Virus record (IMG/VR): IMGVR_UViG_3300030708_002331
Coordinates: 1 to 32,865 of that record
Source of the DNA: a virus
Taxonomy: Duplodnaviria; Caudoviricetes
Reading direction: 5' to 3' (one strand)
Length of the DNA: 32,865 bases
Both the position numbers and the translations under genes were made by a program. This document shows, one piece after another, positions 21,141 through 29,565 of the stretch. The notes beneath the pieces are model-generated. The model ran no database searches. It saw only the letters and a list, made by a program, of their open reading frames with translations, and was not told where the DNA came from. Each line of letters begins with the position of its first letter. Positions within the stretch are counted from its first letter, which is position 1.

Positions 21141-22478
21141 ATGTCGCAATTTGTATTTCCTCCTCTCACGGCAAACCTCAATTCTGAAGCTGCTAATGGA
21201 GCTTCTCTACCAAGCTCGGTCTTAGTTGTAGCAGGTTATGATGGTGCTAATGTTAGAGCTATAAAGACAGATTCAACAGGTGAAATAGCTGTAGACGTTT
21301 CAAGTATTGGTACAGTTACCGTAACTGGTACAGTCGCAGTATCCGCTATATCGTCTGCCTTACCAGCAGGTACTAATAATATTGGGGATGTAGACATTGC
21401 CTCTGCCCTTCCTGCTGGTACAAATTCAATTGGTACAGTTATTTTAGGTGCAGGTACGGCAGCTATTGGTAAACTTTCAGCAAACTCTGGAGTGGATATA
21501 GGTGATGTAGATGTCACGTCATTACCATCACTTCCTGCTGGTACAAACTCAATTGGTACAGTTATACTAGGAGCTGGTACAGCTGCAATAGGTAAATTAG
21601 TAGCAAACTCCGGTGTAGACATTGGAGACGTTGATGTAACTAGTATTGTACCTGGTACAGGAGCTACCAACCTAGGTAAAGCCATTCAGAGTGCTCAAGG
21701 AACTACGGATACAGGTGTTCCGGCTCTTGTGGTTAGAAATGATACTTTAGCAGACTTATCTGGGGCTGATGGAGACTATGCTCCACTGCAAGTAAATGCT
21801 TCAGGTGCTCTTTATACTGAAGTAAAAACTTCTGCTCTACCTTCTGGAGCAGCTACGGAAGCAAAACAAGATGTTATAGAAACTACCCTTAACTCGATAG
21901 AGGGTGATACAAGTTCACTAGCAGGTGCAGTTAGTGGTACAGAAATGCAAGTAGATGTTGTAGCTTCACTACCAGCAGGTACAAATAACATTGGTGATGT
22001 TGATATTGCTTCTGCACTTCCAGCAGGTACGAACTCTATTGGTACAGTCATACTTGGAGCTGGTACAGCAGCCATAGGTAAACTAAGTGCGAACTCTGGA
22101 GTTGATATTGGTGATGTTGATGTTACATCATTACCAGCGTTACCAGCAGGTACAAACACAATAGGTAAAGTAGATGTAAACGCCATAGCTCCTGTAGACT
22201 TTTTAGACTCAGGACTAGTAGATACAAGTACAGCTAACATTGCATCAACTGGAACTACAGTAGTTTCAAGTCTTGCAGCAGCTTGTACAGAGATAGAAAT
22301 ACAAGAAGACATAGGTGAGTTTATGTCTCTTAGAGTTGGTGGAACTGTCAAAGCCTTTTTACCCCTAGGTGGTGGTAGAGTTAAGGTCAGTCTAGCAGCT
22401 ACAGACGCAGTACAATTATTTAGCGAAACTGGAACGGCAATATCAAGTGGTAAGATTGCCATAAATTTTCTAGGCTAA
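21141..22478 (+). CDS. Repeat-rich fibre protein (head or tail fibre)
   Basis: AGGAG RBS; 445 aa, A/G/S/T/V-rich, six LPAGTN[NST]IG repeats and several IGDVD[VI] repeats. Confidence 0.7.
   Translation: MSQFVFPPLTANLNSEAANGASLPSSVLVVAGYDGANVRAIKTDSTGEIAVDVSSIGTVTVTGTVAVSAISSALPAGTNNIGDVDIASALPAGTNSIGTVILGAGTAAIGKLSANSGVDIGDVDVTSLPSLPAGTNSIGTVILGAGTAAIGKLVANSGVDIGDVDVTSIVPGTGATNLGKAIQSAQGTTDTGVPALVVRNDTLADLSGADGDYAPLQVNASGALYTEVKTSALPSGAATEAKQDVIETTLNSIEGDTSSLAGAVSGTEMQVDVVASLPAGTNNIGDVDIASALPAGTNSIGTVILGAGTAAIGKLSANSGVDIGDVDVTSLPALPAGTNTIGKVDVNAIAPVDFLDSGLVDTSTANIASTGTTVVSSLAAACTEIEIQEDIGEFMSLRVGGTVKAFLPLGGGRVKVSLAATDAVQLFSETGTAISSGKIAINFLG
21360..22166 (+). repeat. Internal 66-codon duplication (21360-21557 and 21969-22166) plus a partial third copy from 21531
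   Basis: Offset 609 nt; 64 of 66 amino acids identical. Confidence 0.92.
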
Positions 22479-22502
22479 TAGCCTACTAGTCAGGAGACTA
22501 CG

Positions 22503-22859
22503 ATGCCAGCAGCGATTTTTAACGGACAATATGTAAAAGTCCTTAAAGATGAAATAAAGTCCAAGTCAGGTGGGCTTTTTGATAAAGTTTTTACGGAAGC
22601 AAAATCTACAGATTTTACAGCAGAAGTAGGATTTACATACTTAATTAATACTGGAACAGCCGTAGAGGTTACTTTACCTGCTGCCTCTGCTAACGCATCC
22701 ATAGTATTTAAAGATTCTACTGGAACAGCAGGTACAAATACGATAACTATAAATAGAGCAGGGACAGCTACAATAGATGGAGCAACGAGTCAGACCATAG
22801 TATCTAACTTTGGTTCATTAAAACTAATATGTGATGGAACAAACTGGTTTATAACATAA
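22503..22859 (+). CDS. Small fibre-associated structural protein
   Basis: AGGAG RBS; EVTLPAAS...IVFKDSTG.AGTNTITI...IDG...SNFGSLKLICDGTNWF resembles the repeated domains of T4 gp34-type proximal tail fibres. Confidence 0.6.
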   Translation: MPAAIFNGQYVKVLKDEIKSKSGGLFDKVFTEAKSTDFTAEVGFTYLINTGTAVEVTLPAASANASIVFKDSTGTAGTNTITINRAGTATIDGATSQTIVSNFGSLKLICDGTNWFIT

Positions 22860-22871
22860 TTACAATACTAT
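22847..22871 (+). promoter_or_regulatory. Putative late promoter motif, copy 4 (degenerate)
   Basis: GTTTATAAC-ATAATT-ACAA-TAC-TAT; shares ATAATTACAA with copy 3; upstream of the large fibre gene. Confidence 0.45.
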
Positions 22872-22927
22872 AACCCCTACTTTACTAGCTCCGGCTTTTA
22901 AACTTTATTTAGGGAGTGGAGAACAAA

Positions 22928-25714
22928 ATGTCTTATATAGGAAAAAACCCAGAGGTTGATAGCGTCAAACTCAAAGGCTCTGCTACTCAAGCCTCTGGTA
23001 CGGAAGAGGGTCAACTTTATTATAACACTGGTACAGGCTCTATATCAAAAGGGTTGAAAGTTTTTAAAAACTCTCAATTTGTTGCTATTGATAAACAATT
23101 GGGGGATGCAGATACAATGCAGCTACTTAAAGCTGCTGATATTCCTGCTGTTGATTTTAGCCTCTCACTAACGTCTACAACTGTAGGTGGTAACAATGCA
23201 GTTCCCTTCGAGTCTTCTACTGGAGATTTTGACGGTACAGCATCTTTTTCTAATTCAAGCACAGGTAATGCCTTACTATCAGACGAAAGTGATGACCTTG
23301 TATTTCACTATCAAACCCAAGCTACTAATAATGCAGATAATGACTTTTTTGGTATTCCACTCACAGTTCCTAGAGCTTTTAGAGGTGGGAACTTAGTTTT
23401 AGAGTTTAAGTATAGAACTCTTATAGCTTCAGGTACTATGGACGATGGTTATTTTAATATAGCTATTCAAGACCGATCGGCTATGATTTCACAAACTCAA
23501 GCTTCAACTATATCAGCAGGAGCTATTTCAGCAGGTTCGAATGTTCTATTGACTGGAAAAACTTTTGCAAACCCTGTTACTGGTACGACACTAACTGTTG
23601 CCGTAGGTGATAGAGTTTATGTAGAATCTGGGACAGGTACAGCAGGTTCTCAAGATAATGATATTGTTGAAGCTTACATTACTTCAGTTTCTAGTACAGA
23701 TAACAATGTCACCTTATCAGAGGATATTGTAGCCGTTCAAAGTGGTAAATTCGTAACTGGCTGGTTGACTAGTCCTGATGTAGAGGGTCAACTAAAAGCT
23801 TTTGCCTCTGATACAAATAAAGATGGAACTAGTAAAAAAATACAATTTAAAACTGAAGCGGATACTCAACAGATAAGTTTATGGTTCTTTGTAAAAGGAA
23901 GTAGTACAGTAAAACATGATTTATTTTTTGATAACATTCTGTTGTCTGGTAATAAATTTTTACAAGCTAATAGTAGATTAAAAGATGAAGCATTTCAAGC
24001 TCAAGGAGCTAACCTTTATTCTAGTAATAATACTAGAATACCTTACTATTCAACTGAGGGTATTAACGAAAGTGGTAACTTAGTTAGTATAGTAAATAAC
24101 TCTACAGATGGTTTAAGTTTTACCGCCTTACAACCCTGCTATCTTGCTGGTGTTTCAGTATTTAGATCTACTGGAACTGGAGAAATATGGGGTTGGAGTC
24201 TTAACGCTAGTTCAACCCAAATGGATTCTAACCTTATGACCATCTCTGGGGCTAATATTTTGGCAATAAACCAACCTACTGACCCTAACTTTCAGTCAGT
24301 AGCTTTTGCTAGAAAGTTAGAAGTAGGAGACGTTGTAAGACCTCATGGTGGTAATGTTTCAGGAACTTTTCAAAGTACTTCAGATTGGACTATTTCTGTT
24401 AACATTCATGGAGACGATAATTCTAACATAATTTTAGAATCGCAGGACGAGATTTTTACCGATTGGCAAGACTATACTCCTGCTACAAATGGGATTGGAA
24501 CACCTACTATAGTATCTGCAAGATTTAGAAGAAACGGACCTAACATGCAGATAGAAGCAGACATAACTCTAGGAACTACTACAAGTAGTGAATTAAGAGT
24601 TCATCTACCTTCTGGATATGTTACAGCAGCAAATTCTGATACCAAAATGTGGAGAGGTATGGCTCTTGCTGACCCTGCATCTAATACTAACTTTTATGTA
24701 GTCTCCCAACCGAACAAAGAGTATCTAAACTTTTCGGTTCAATTATCGGGGTCTTATAACCCCACTGTTTTAATAAATGGCGATGCAGCCGGATTATCTT
24801 CAGGGGAAAAACTTATTTTTTCAGCAGAAGTACCAATCCAAGGCTGGAACACAAATTTTAATCCATTGTTGTCTATGCCCTTGCAAGATTTTTCAAGCTT
24901 GGAAAACACTTTTAGTGCAAGACTTACTAACGATGGTTCTACCTCTACCATTACTAGTCAGTCTGGTAATTTTATTTCAAGCGTTTCTAGGACGGGCTCT
25001 ACTGGTGGAATAAGTGTAACATTTACTCCTGGTTTTTTTAGTGAAACACCTTCAGTTGTAGCTATTTGTGATGGAGCTACTGGAAATAGATGGGCTTCAG
25101 TTTCTACTCTTAGTGCTTCAGGTTGTATTATACATGCCGACGAAGATGCAAGCTCAAACCCTAATCAAAACATGAACCTAACGGTTACACGCCAAGGCGG
25201 TGACTTTAGGCAAGCTCCTCAAGCTACTGCTGCGGTTATAAAACCAGCCGTCTGTGAATTTAGTATGCAGCTTTCCTCTAACAGCTCTGGAGGAGATGCT
25301 ACAGGAGGAGCTTGGAATCAATTAAAACCTAACACATTTAAGGGAGAGACTTGGTTTGTATCTGGATTTAATGGAACTACAGGAGTAGGTGGAACTAATA
25401 CGGATTTTGATTTAGACCCTGGAACTTATAGCCTTGAGTGTACTAGTCAGGTTTATTCGGCTGGAACTGCCATGCTTAAGTTAATTTCTGGAACAACTGT
25501 ATTTGCCTATGGACAAACTCAGTATACTAACAGCACCACAGGTGATGCAGCAAATACAAGTTTATTTACAACTTTTACAATAACATCAAAGACTACGTTT
25601 ACTATTAAAATGCACACCTCTGCTTCCCAAGCTCCTAATGGTTTAGGTCATGCTGCTGGGATATCAGGTGTACCTGAAACATACTTAGCTGGTTTTATTC
25701 ATAAACTTAAATAG
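22928..25714 (+). CDS. Large multidomain tail fibre / receptor-binding protein
   Basis: Start set at ATG 22928 (GGAG RBS), giving an MSYIGKNP N-terminus typical of phage fibres; S/T/G-rich beta modules (EGQLYYN, FFDNILLS, TDWQDYTP...RFRRNG...EVPIQGW, FDLDPGTY); followed by a chaperone-like gene. Confidence 0.75.
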   Translation: MSYIGKNPEVDSVKLKGSATQASGTEEGQLYYNTGTGSISKGLKVFKNSQFVAIDKQLGDADTMQLLKAADIPAVDFSLSLTSTTVGGNNAVPFESSTGDFDGTASFSNSSTGNALLSDESDDLVFHYQTQATNNADNDFFGIPLTVPRAFRGGNLVLEFKYRTLIASGTMDDGYFNIAIQDRSAMISQTQASTISAGAISAGSNVLLTGKTFANPVTGTTLTVAVGDRVYVESGTGTAGSQDNDIVEAYITSVSSTDNNVTLSEDIVAVQSGKFVTGWLTSPDVEGQLKAFASDTNKDGTSKKIQFKTEADTQQISLWFFVKGSSTVKHDLFFDNILLSGNKFLQANSRLKDEAFQAQGANLYSSNNTRIPYYSTEGINESGNLVSIVNNSTDGLSFTALQPCYLAGVSVFRSTGTGEIWGWSLNASSTQMDSNLMTISGANILAINQPTDPNFQSVAFARKLEVGDVVRPHGGNVSGTFQSTSDWTISVNIHGDDNSNIILESQDEIFTDWQDYTPATNGIGTPTIVSARFRRNGPNMQIEADITLGTTTSSELRVHLPSGYVTAANSDTKMWRGMALADPASNTNFYVVSQPNKEYLNFSVQLSGSYNPTVLINGDAAGLSSGEKLIFSAEVPIQGWNTNFNPLLSMPLQDFSSLENTFSARLTNDGSTSTITSQSGNFISSVSRTGSTGGISVTFTPGFFSETPSVVAICDGATGNRWASVSTLSASGCIIHADEDASSNPNQNMNLTVTRQGGDFRQAPQATAAVIKPAVCEFSMQLSSNSSGGDATGGAWNQLKPNTFKGETWFVSGFNGTTGVGGTNTDFDLDPGTYSLECTSQVYSAGTAMLKLISGTTVFAYGQTQYTNSTTGDAANTSLFTTFTITSKTTFTIKMHTSASQAPNGLGHAAGISGVPETYLAGFIHKLK

Positions 25715-25723
25715 GAGATTATA

Positions 25724-26638
25724 ATGAAAGATGAGAAATTAAAAGAGTCAAAATTATTGCTTGAGGTAGAAATTAAGAATCTCCAAAAGTTTGTTGACCC
25801 TGCTAAAAAAATTATTGAAGAACTTGAACTCAAAGACGAGTTAAGTGAAGAAGAGAAAAAGAAACTAGAGGACTCTAAGTCTGAAGTTCTATTACTTGAA
25901 AAAGAGATAAAAGAAAGAGAAGACAAAATCAAGGACATAGATGAAGAGTTAAAGCATAGAGAAGAAGTTAAGTTACAAATTGATAATGCTCTAAAAGACT
26001 TTGTTATAGATGAAGATGTTATTAAGTCCCATGTGCTTCATGAATTAAAGTTTTGTGATCACATTGAAATTAAAGAAGAACTAGTAGTAGATGATGAAGT
26101 TCAGCTTGATGAAGAAGGTAAACCCATTGAGGTAGTAAAAAAAATAAAGCACATACCTTGGGAAAAAGATGCTATTCTTAAAGATTTAAAACTTAAGTTA
26201 GACCTTGATAAAGCTAACGATTTAGTTCGTAGAGTTAAAGTTTATAAGCATAATAAAAAGAAAGGTGAGTTAGAGTCAAGATTAAAACCTCTAGTTGAAA
26301 ATAATGTTTACTTTAATGCAGCGTTTGGTGTAGAGATTGAGATAATTAATGGAGAAAAGCATGTTGTTGGAGAAGTCAGACGTATAGCTAAATGGGACAA
26401 AGATGACCTTATAGATTTTGAAGCTAAAGTACTGAAGCTTGAGTTAGCTAAGAAGCATATAGATGAAAAAGATAAAAAGGAAAAACCCATTAGAGAAAGA
26501 AAACTAGAATATTCAAAGATAGATGAACTATTACTAGAAGCTCTAGTTGAAAAACTTGAAGAAGGCAGACCAGAAAAGATGGTCGAGTATTTAAAACTTA
26601 GAAAAGAAATAAAAGATAAACATCCATTGGAGGACTGA
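25724..26638 (+). CDS. Putative tail fibre assembly chaperone with long coiled-coil N-terminus
   Basis: AGGAG RBS; E/K-rich; C-terminal RERKLEYSKIDELLLEAL...EIKDKHP resembles the R-x3-Y-P...K-x3-P chaperone motif found downstream of fibre genes. Confidence 0.55.
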   Translation: MKDEKLKESKLLLEVEIKNLQKFVDPAKKIIEELELKDELSEEEKKKLEDSKSEVLLLEKEIKEREDKIKDIDEELKHREEVKLQIDNALKDFVIDEDVIKSHVLHELKFCDHIEIKEELVVDDEVQLDEEGKPIEVVKKIKHIPWEKDAILKDLKLKLDLDKANDLVRRVKVYKHNKKKGELESRLKPLVENNVYFNAAFGVEIEIINGEKHVVGEVRRIAKWDKDDLIDFEAKVLKLELAKKHIDEKDKKEKPIRERKLEYSKIDELLLEALVEKLEEGRPEKMVEYLKLRKEIKDKHPLED

Positions 26639-26639
26639 A

Positions 26640-27125
26640 ATGCCAGGTTATGCTAAAAAGATTTTAATGAAAATGAAAAAAGGTGGAAAGGTTGATAAGG
26701 ATAAAGAAAAGGAGCTTGACAAAAAAGACCCCTTCAGAAAAGTAAGAGAGGAGATTGAGGGTAAAAAGCATGGTGGAGAAATGGAGTATGCTAAAGGTGG
26801 AAAAGTTGAAATAACTCCTGAAGCAAAAAAGATTCCTAAGGAATTAGAAAAAGCTTCAAAAATGCACAAAGGTCAAGCTGAGCGTTTGAAAAGCATGGGC
26901 TTTAAGCACGGTGGAGAAATGGAGTATGGTCACGGTGGAGACGTTAAAAAGAAAAAAATGGGGTATGCTGATGGTGGGGAAGCTAAACCTGATTTTTTAG
27001 ACATGGACAAAGATGGAGATAGAAAAGAGTCTATGAAGAAAGCTGTTAAAGATAAAAAAATGAAAAGAATGAAGCATGGCGGTATGGTCATGAAAATTGT
27101 TAAGAAGCTAAAGGATAAAAAATGA
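26640..27125 (+). CDS. Basic low-complexity protein with seven xxxGG repeats
   Basis: GGAGG RBS; MKKGGKV, KKHGGEM, YAKGGKV, FKHGGEM, YGHGGDV, YADGGEA, MKHGGMV; contains a DxDxDG motif. Confidence 0.8.
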   Translation: MPGYAKKILMKMKKGGKVDKDKEKELDKKDPFRKVREEIEGKKHGGEMEYAKGGKVEITPEAKKIPKELEKASKMHKGQAERLKSMGFKHGGEMEYGHGGDVKKKKMGYADGGEAKPDFLDMDKDGDRKESMKKAVKDKKMKRMKHGGMVMKIVKKLKDKK

Positions 27126-27532
27126 GTGCTATAATTATAGACTATGATATAGTAATGAAGGATGGGGCAGACCCTAGCACCTCTACTGCATCAGGAAACC
27201 TTAATGGTGATCGGTACAGTGTAATCATGCCAGTAACAAGGGCATTCATGGGTGAACTTCATCTACATTGGGTAGCAGGTCCAGTAGGAAAAATGATTGT
27301 TCAAGTTTCAAATGACCCAGGAGCTTTTGATGATGAAGGCGTAGCTAGGATTAATGAAAATAATATAATTACAAACTGGATAGAACAGAACTCTGGCACT
27401 ATAGCCTCTACAGATTCAAATATTAGATTTGCTTTATCAGACATAGGCTATAGATGGGTTAGAATATTCTGGGACTCAACTTCTGGAACTGGAAACATCT
27501 CTAGTTTTAGAGCAAGTTTTAAAGGATACTAA
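27122..27532 (+). CDS. Small beta-sandwich structural protein, paralog of 20756..21139
   Basis: ATGA overlap, AAGGA RBS; W...GKMIVQVSNDP...YRWVRIFW pattern. Confidence 0.6.
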   Translation: MSAIIIDYDIVMKDGADPSTSTASGNLNGDRYSVIMPVTRAFMGELHLHWVAGPVGKMIVQVSNDPGAFDDEGVARINENNIITNWIEQNSGTIASTDSNIRFALSDIGYRWVRIFWDSTSGTGNISSFRASFKGY

Positions 27533-27533
27533 A

Positions 27534-27716
27534 ATGGCAGCTCCTCTCGCAGCAATACTTAAAATGATAGCAGGAGCAGGACTAGCCTCTGCCTATAAGA
27601 AGTATGGTAAAAAAATAGGTAAAGCAGCAGATAAGATGAAGAAAGAAAAAGAAGATAAAGAATTTTTAAAAATGTTGGAGAAGCGAAAAAGTGAAAGAGA
27701 GAAAAAAGATAAATAA
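27534..27716 (+). CDS. Small basic hypothetical protein with hydrophobic N-terminus
   Basis: AAGGA RBS; MAAPLAAILKMIAGAGLASA followed by a K/E-rich tail. Confidence 0.65.
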   Translation: MAAPLAAILKMIAGAGLASAYKKYGKKIGKAADKMKKEKEDKEFLKMLEKRKSEREKKDK

Positions 27717-27745
27717 CTGCCCTTTTTGTAAACAACCTTGTAATA

Positions 27746-28003
27746 ATGAATGGTGCTCATATGGACAGGATAGAAGAAAAATTAGACAGGATAGATGAAA
27801 GATTAGACAGCTTAGATAAGAATATGGCTGTAAATAATACTTTGTTAGAGTATCACATAAAAAGAACGGACATGTTAGAAGAAGAAGTTAAACCACTGAA
27901 AGGACATGTTCTTAAGGCGCAGGGCGTTTTAGTATTTATAGGAGTGTTGTCTAGCATTGTGGCTATAGGAGTCTCACTTCTTAATATAATAAAAACACAA
28001 TAG
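27746..28003 (+). CDS. Coiled-coil protein with C-terminal transmembrane helix (possible lysis accessory/holin-like)
   Basis: MDRIEEKLDRIDERLDSLD heptads followed by GVLVFIGVLSSIVAIGVSLL; architecture like XhlA-type phage membrane proteins. Confidence 0.55.
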   Translation: MNGAHMDRIEEKLDRIDERLDSLDKNMAVNNTLLEYHIKRTDMLEEEVKPLKGHVLKAQGVLVFIGVLSSIVAIGVSLLNIIKTQ

Positions 28004-28006
28004 TAG
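27982..28006 (+). promoter_or_regulatory. Putative late promoter motif, copy 5
   Basis: TAATATAAT-AAAAAC-ACAA-TAG-TAG upstream of the small basic protein operon. Confidence 0.65.
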
Positions 28007-28017
28007 AGGATAAAAAA

Positions 28018-28167
28018 ATGGCTGATAAGAAACCAAAACCAACCAACCCTAAATTATATGCTACAGTTAAAGCTATGGCAAAAAGAAAATTTAAGGTCTA
28101 TCCTAGTGCATACGCCAATGCTTGGTTAGTTAGAACCTACAAGAAGAAAGGTGGTGGCTACAGATGA
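28018..28167 (+). CDS. Small basic protein (49 aa; not in ORF track)
   Basis: GAGGA RBS; MADKKPKPTNPKLYATVKAMAKRKFKVYPSAYANAWLVRTYKKKGGGYR*; ATGA overlap with the next gene. Confidence 0.85.
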   Translation: MADKKPKPTNPKLYATVKAMAKRKFKVYPSAYANAWLVRTYKKKGGGYR

Positions 28168-28418
28168 GCCTTAAAAAATGGTTTGCCGAGAAGTGGGTGG
28201 ACCTTGGTAGGAAGAAAAAAGACGGTTCATATGCTGAATGTGGCAGAAAGGATTCGTCAAAAGGTAAGTATCCTAAATGTGTTCCTATGTCAAAGGCTAT
28301 GAGAATGTCTGCTAAACAGAGACAATCTGCTGTTAGAAGAAAGAGAATAGCAGAAAGAATAAGAAAAAGAAAAGGAAAAAGTCCTATAAATGTTAAGACT
28401 ATACCGGATAAAAAATGA
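28164..28418 (+). CDS. Small basic protein with two Cys (LKKWFAEKWVD...CGR...KYPKCVP)
   Basis: ATGA-coupled at both ends; 84 aa, very K/R-rich. Confidence 0.8.
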   Translation: MSLKKWFAEKWVDLGRKKKDGSYAECGRKDSSKGKYPKCVPMSKAMRMSAKQRQSAVRRKRIAERIRKRKGKSPINVKTIPDKK

Positions 28419-28561
28419 TAATTAAACAGGGTTCAAAATTTGTATTAAAAAGTAAAGATGGATCAAAAACACTTGGTACGTTTGATACAAAGGAACAGGC
28501 TGTAAAAAGAGAAAAACAAATCAATTTTTTCAAGTACTTAGACAAAAGGAAGAAGAAATGA
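28415..28561 (+). CDS. Small basic protein (48 aa; not in ORF track)
   Basis: MIIKQGSKFVLKSKDGSKTLGTFDTKEQAVKREKQINFFKYLDKRKKK*; ATGA overlaps at both ends fill the gap exactly. Confidence 0.85.
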   Translation: MIIKQGSKFVLKSKDGSKTLGTFDTKEQAVKREKQINFFKYLDKRKKK

Positions 28562-28872
28562 AGTCTCCTGCATGGACCAGAAAAAAAGGAAAGAACCCAA
28601 AAGGAGGTCTAAATGAGGCAGGGAGAAAGTCTTATGAGAGACAAAACCCTGGCTCTAACCTTAAACCACCTGTAAAACGTGGCGATAATCCTAGAAGGGC
28701 AAGCTTCCTAGCTAGAATGGGAAACATGCCTGGACCAGAATATAAAGATGGAAAACCAACCAGACTCCTACTATCTCTTAGAGCATGGGGAGCAGGTTCA
28801 AAAGAATCAGCTAGGAAACTGGCTAAGAATATAAGCAAAAGACTTAAAGCAAAGAAGGAGAGAAAGAAATGA
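28558..28872 (+). CDS. Small basic protein (KSPAWTRK.GKNPKGGLN...RRASFLARMG)
   Basis: ATGA-coupled; 104 aa, K/R-rich. Confidence 0.8.
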   Translation: MKSPAWTRKKGKNPKGGLNEAGRKSYERQNPGSNLKPPVKRGDNPRRASFLARMGNMPGPEYKDGKPTRLLLSLRAWGAGSKESARKLAKNISKRLKAKKERKK

Positions 28873-29066
28873 TTGAAGTATTAAAATCCATTGGTAAAGC
28901 GTTGATATCGTCTTTACTTACTGAAAAGTTTGTAAAAGAAATCATCATTTACCTACTAGAAAAACTAGCCAAAAAATCTGACAACAAAATCGATGACGAG
29001 ATTGTTGCCAAGATTAAAGAGGCTGTAGAAGTTAAGAAAGAAGAAAAATCACCTGACAGCGAGTAG
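28869..29066 (+). CDS. Small amphipathic-helix protein (possible membrane/lysis accessory)
   Basis: AAGGAG RBS, ATGA overlap; KALISSLL...IIIYLLEKLAKKSDNKIDD. Confidence 0.6.
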   Translation: MIEVLKSIGKALISSLLTEKFVKEIIIYLLEKLAKKSDNKIDDEIVAKIKEAVEVKKEEKSPDSE

Positions 29067-29074
29067 ACTGTCCT

Positions 29075-29533
29075 GTGAGACGTGTAATAACTCTTAAGCT
29101 AAAGCCATTTTCTATAAATGCCATGTTTTGCCGTGATAAAAGGCATAAAACAATAGAGGCACAAGAATGGTCATGTTCAGTATTAGTGGCACTAGCTTTA
29201 AAAGAGAATAAGAAAAAGTTAAAAGAGCTTCGTCAATACTTTGACCCAAAGAAGCATGTCTATAAAGTAGACCTTACCTTTTTCTATCCACAACACGTTT
29301 TGTTTAGAAAAGATGGTGGAGTATCTGCCAGAGCACATGATTTATCTAATGTCGAAAAACCTCTCATTGATCTAGTATTCTTACCTATGTTTTATGATCG
29401 TCCTAGTCCATACGGTGCTAAGAATCTTAATATAGACGATAAGTATATTACAGACTTAAGGTCAAAAAAAAGAGTAGGTAAAGACTTTAGAATTAGGGTT
29501 ACTTTAAACATAAAGGACTTACCTAAACAGTAA
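29075..29533 (+). CDS. RusA-like Holliday junction resolvase
   Basis: N-terminal KPFSINAM; HDLSNVEKPLIDLV and IDDKYI match the RusA D-x-x-N-x-x-K-x-x-x-D...DD pattern. Confidence 0.7.
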   Translation: MRRVITLKLKPFSINAMFCRDKRHKTIEAQEWSCSVLVALALKENKKKLKELRQYFDPKKHVYKVDLTFFYPQHVLFRKDGGVSARAHDLSNVEKPLIDLVFLPMFYDRPSPYGAKNLNIDDKYITDLRSKKRVGKDFRIRVTLNIKDLPKQ

Positions 29534-29565
29534 GTAACCTAGGTAGTAGCCCACTAAAAAACATA

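Noticed and set aside
21236-22462. Long minus-strand ORFs (149 and 216 aa) with repeats
   Set aside because: Antisense shadows of the repeat fibre gene produced by its codon bias.
27356-27380. Partial late-motif match (AATAAT-ATAATT-ACAA-ACT-GGA)
   Set aside because: Mid-gene, lacks TATAAT at the correct spacing and lacks the TAG element; may be chance in AT-rich DNA.
27717-27745. ACAA-CCT-TGT in the intergenic gap as another late motif
   Set aside because: No upstream TATAAT element.
29534-29565. Bidirectional terminator at the convergence of the two arms
   Set aside because: Only a 4-bp stem and a short ACCTAGGT palindrome, with no correctly placed U tract.
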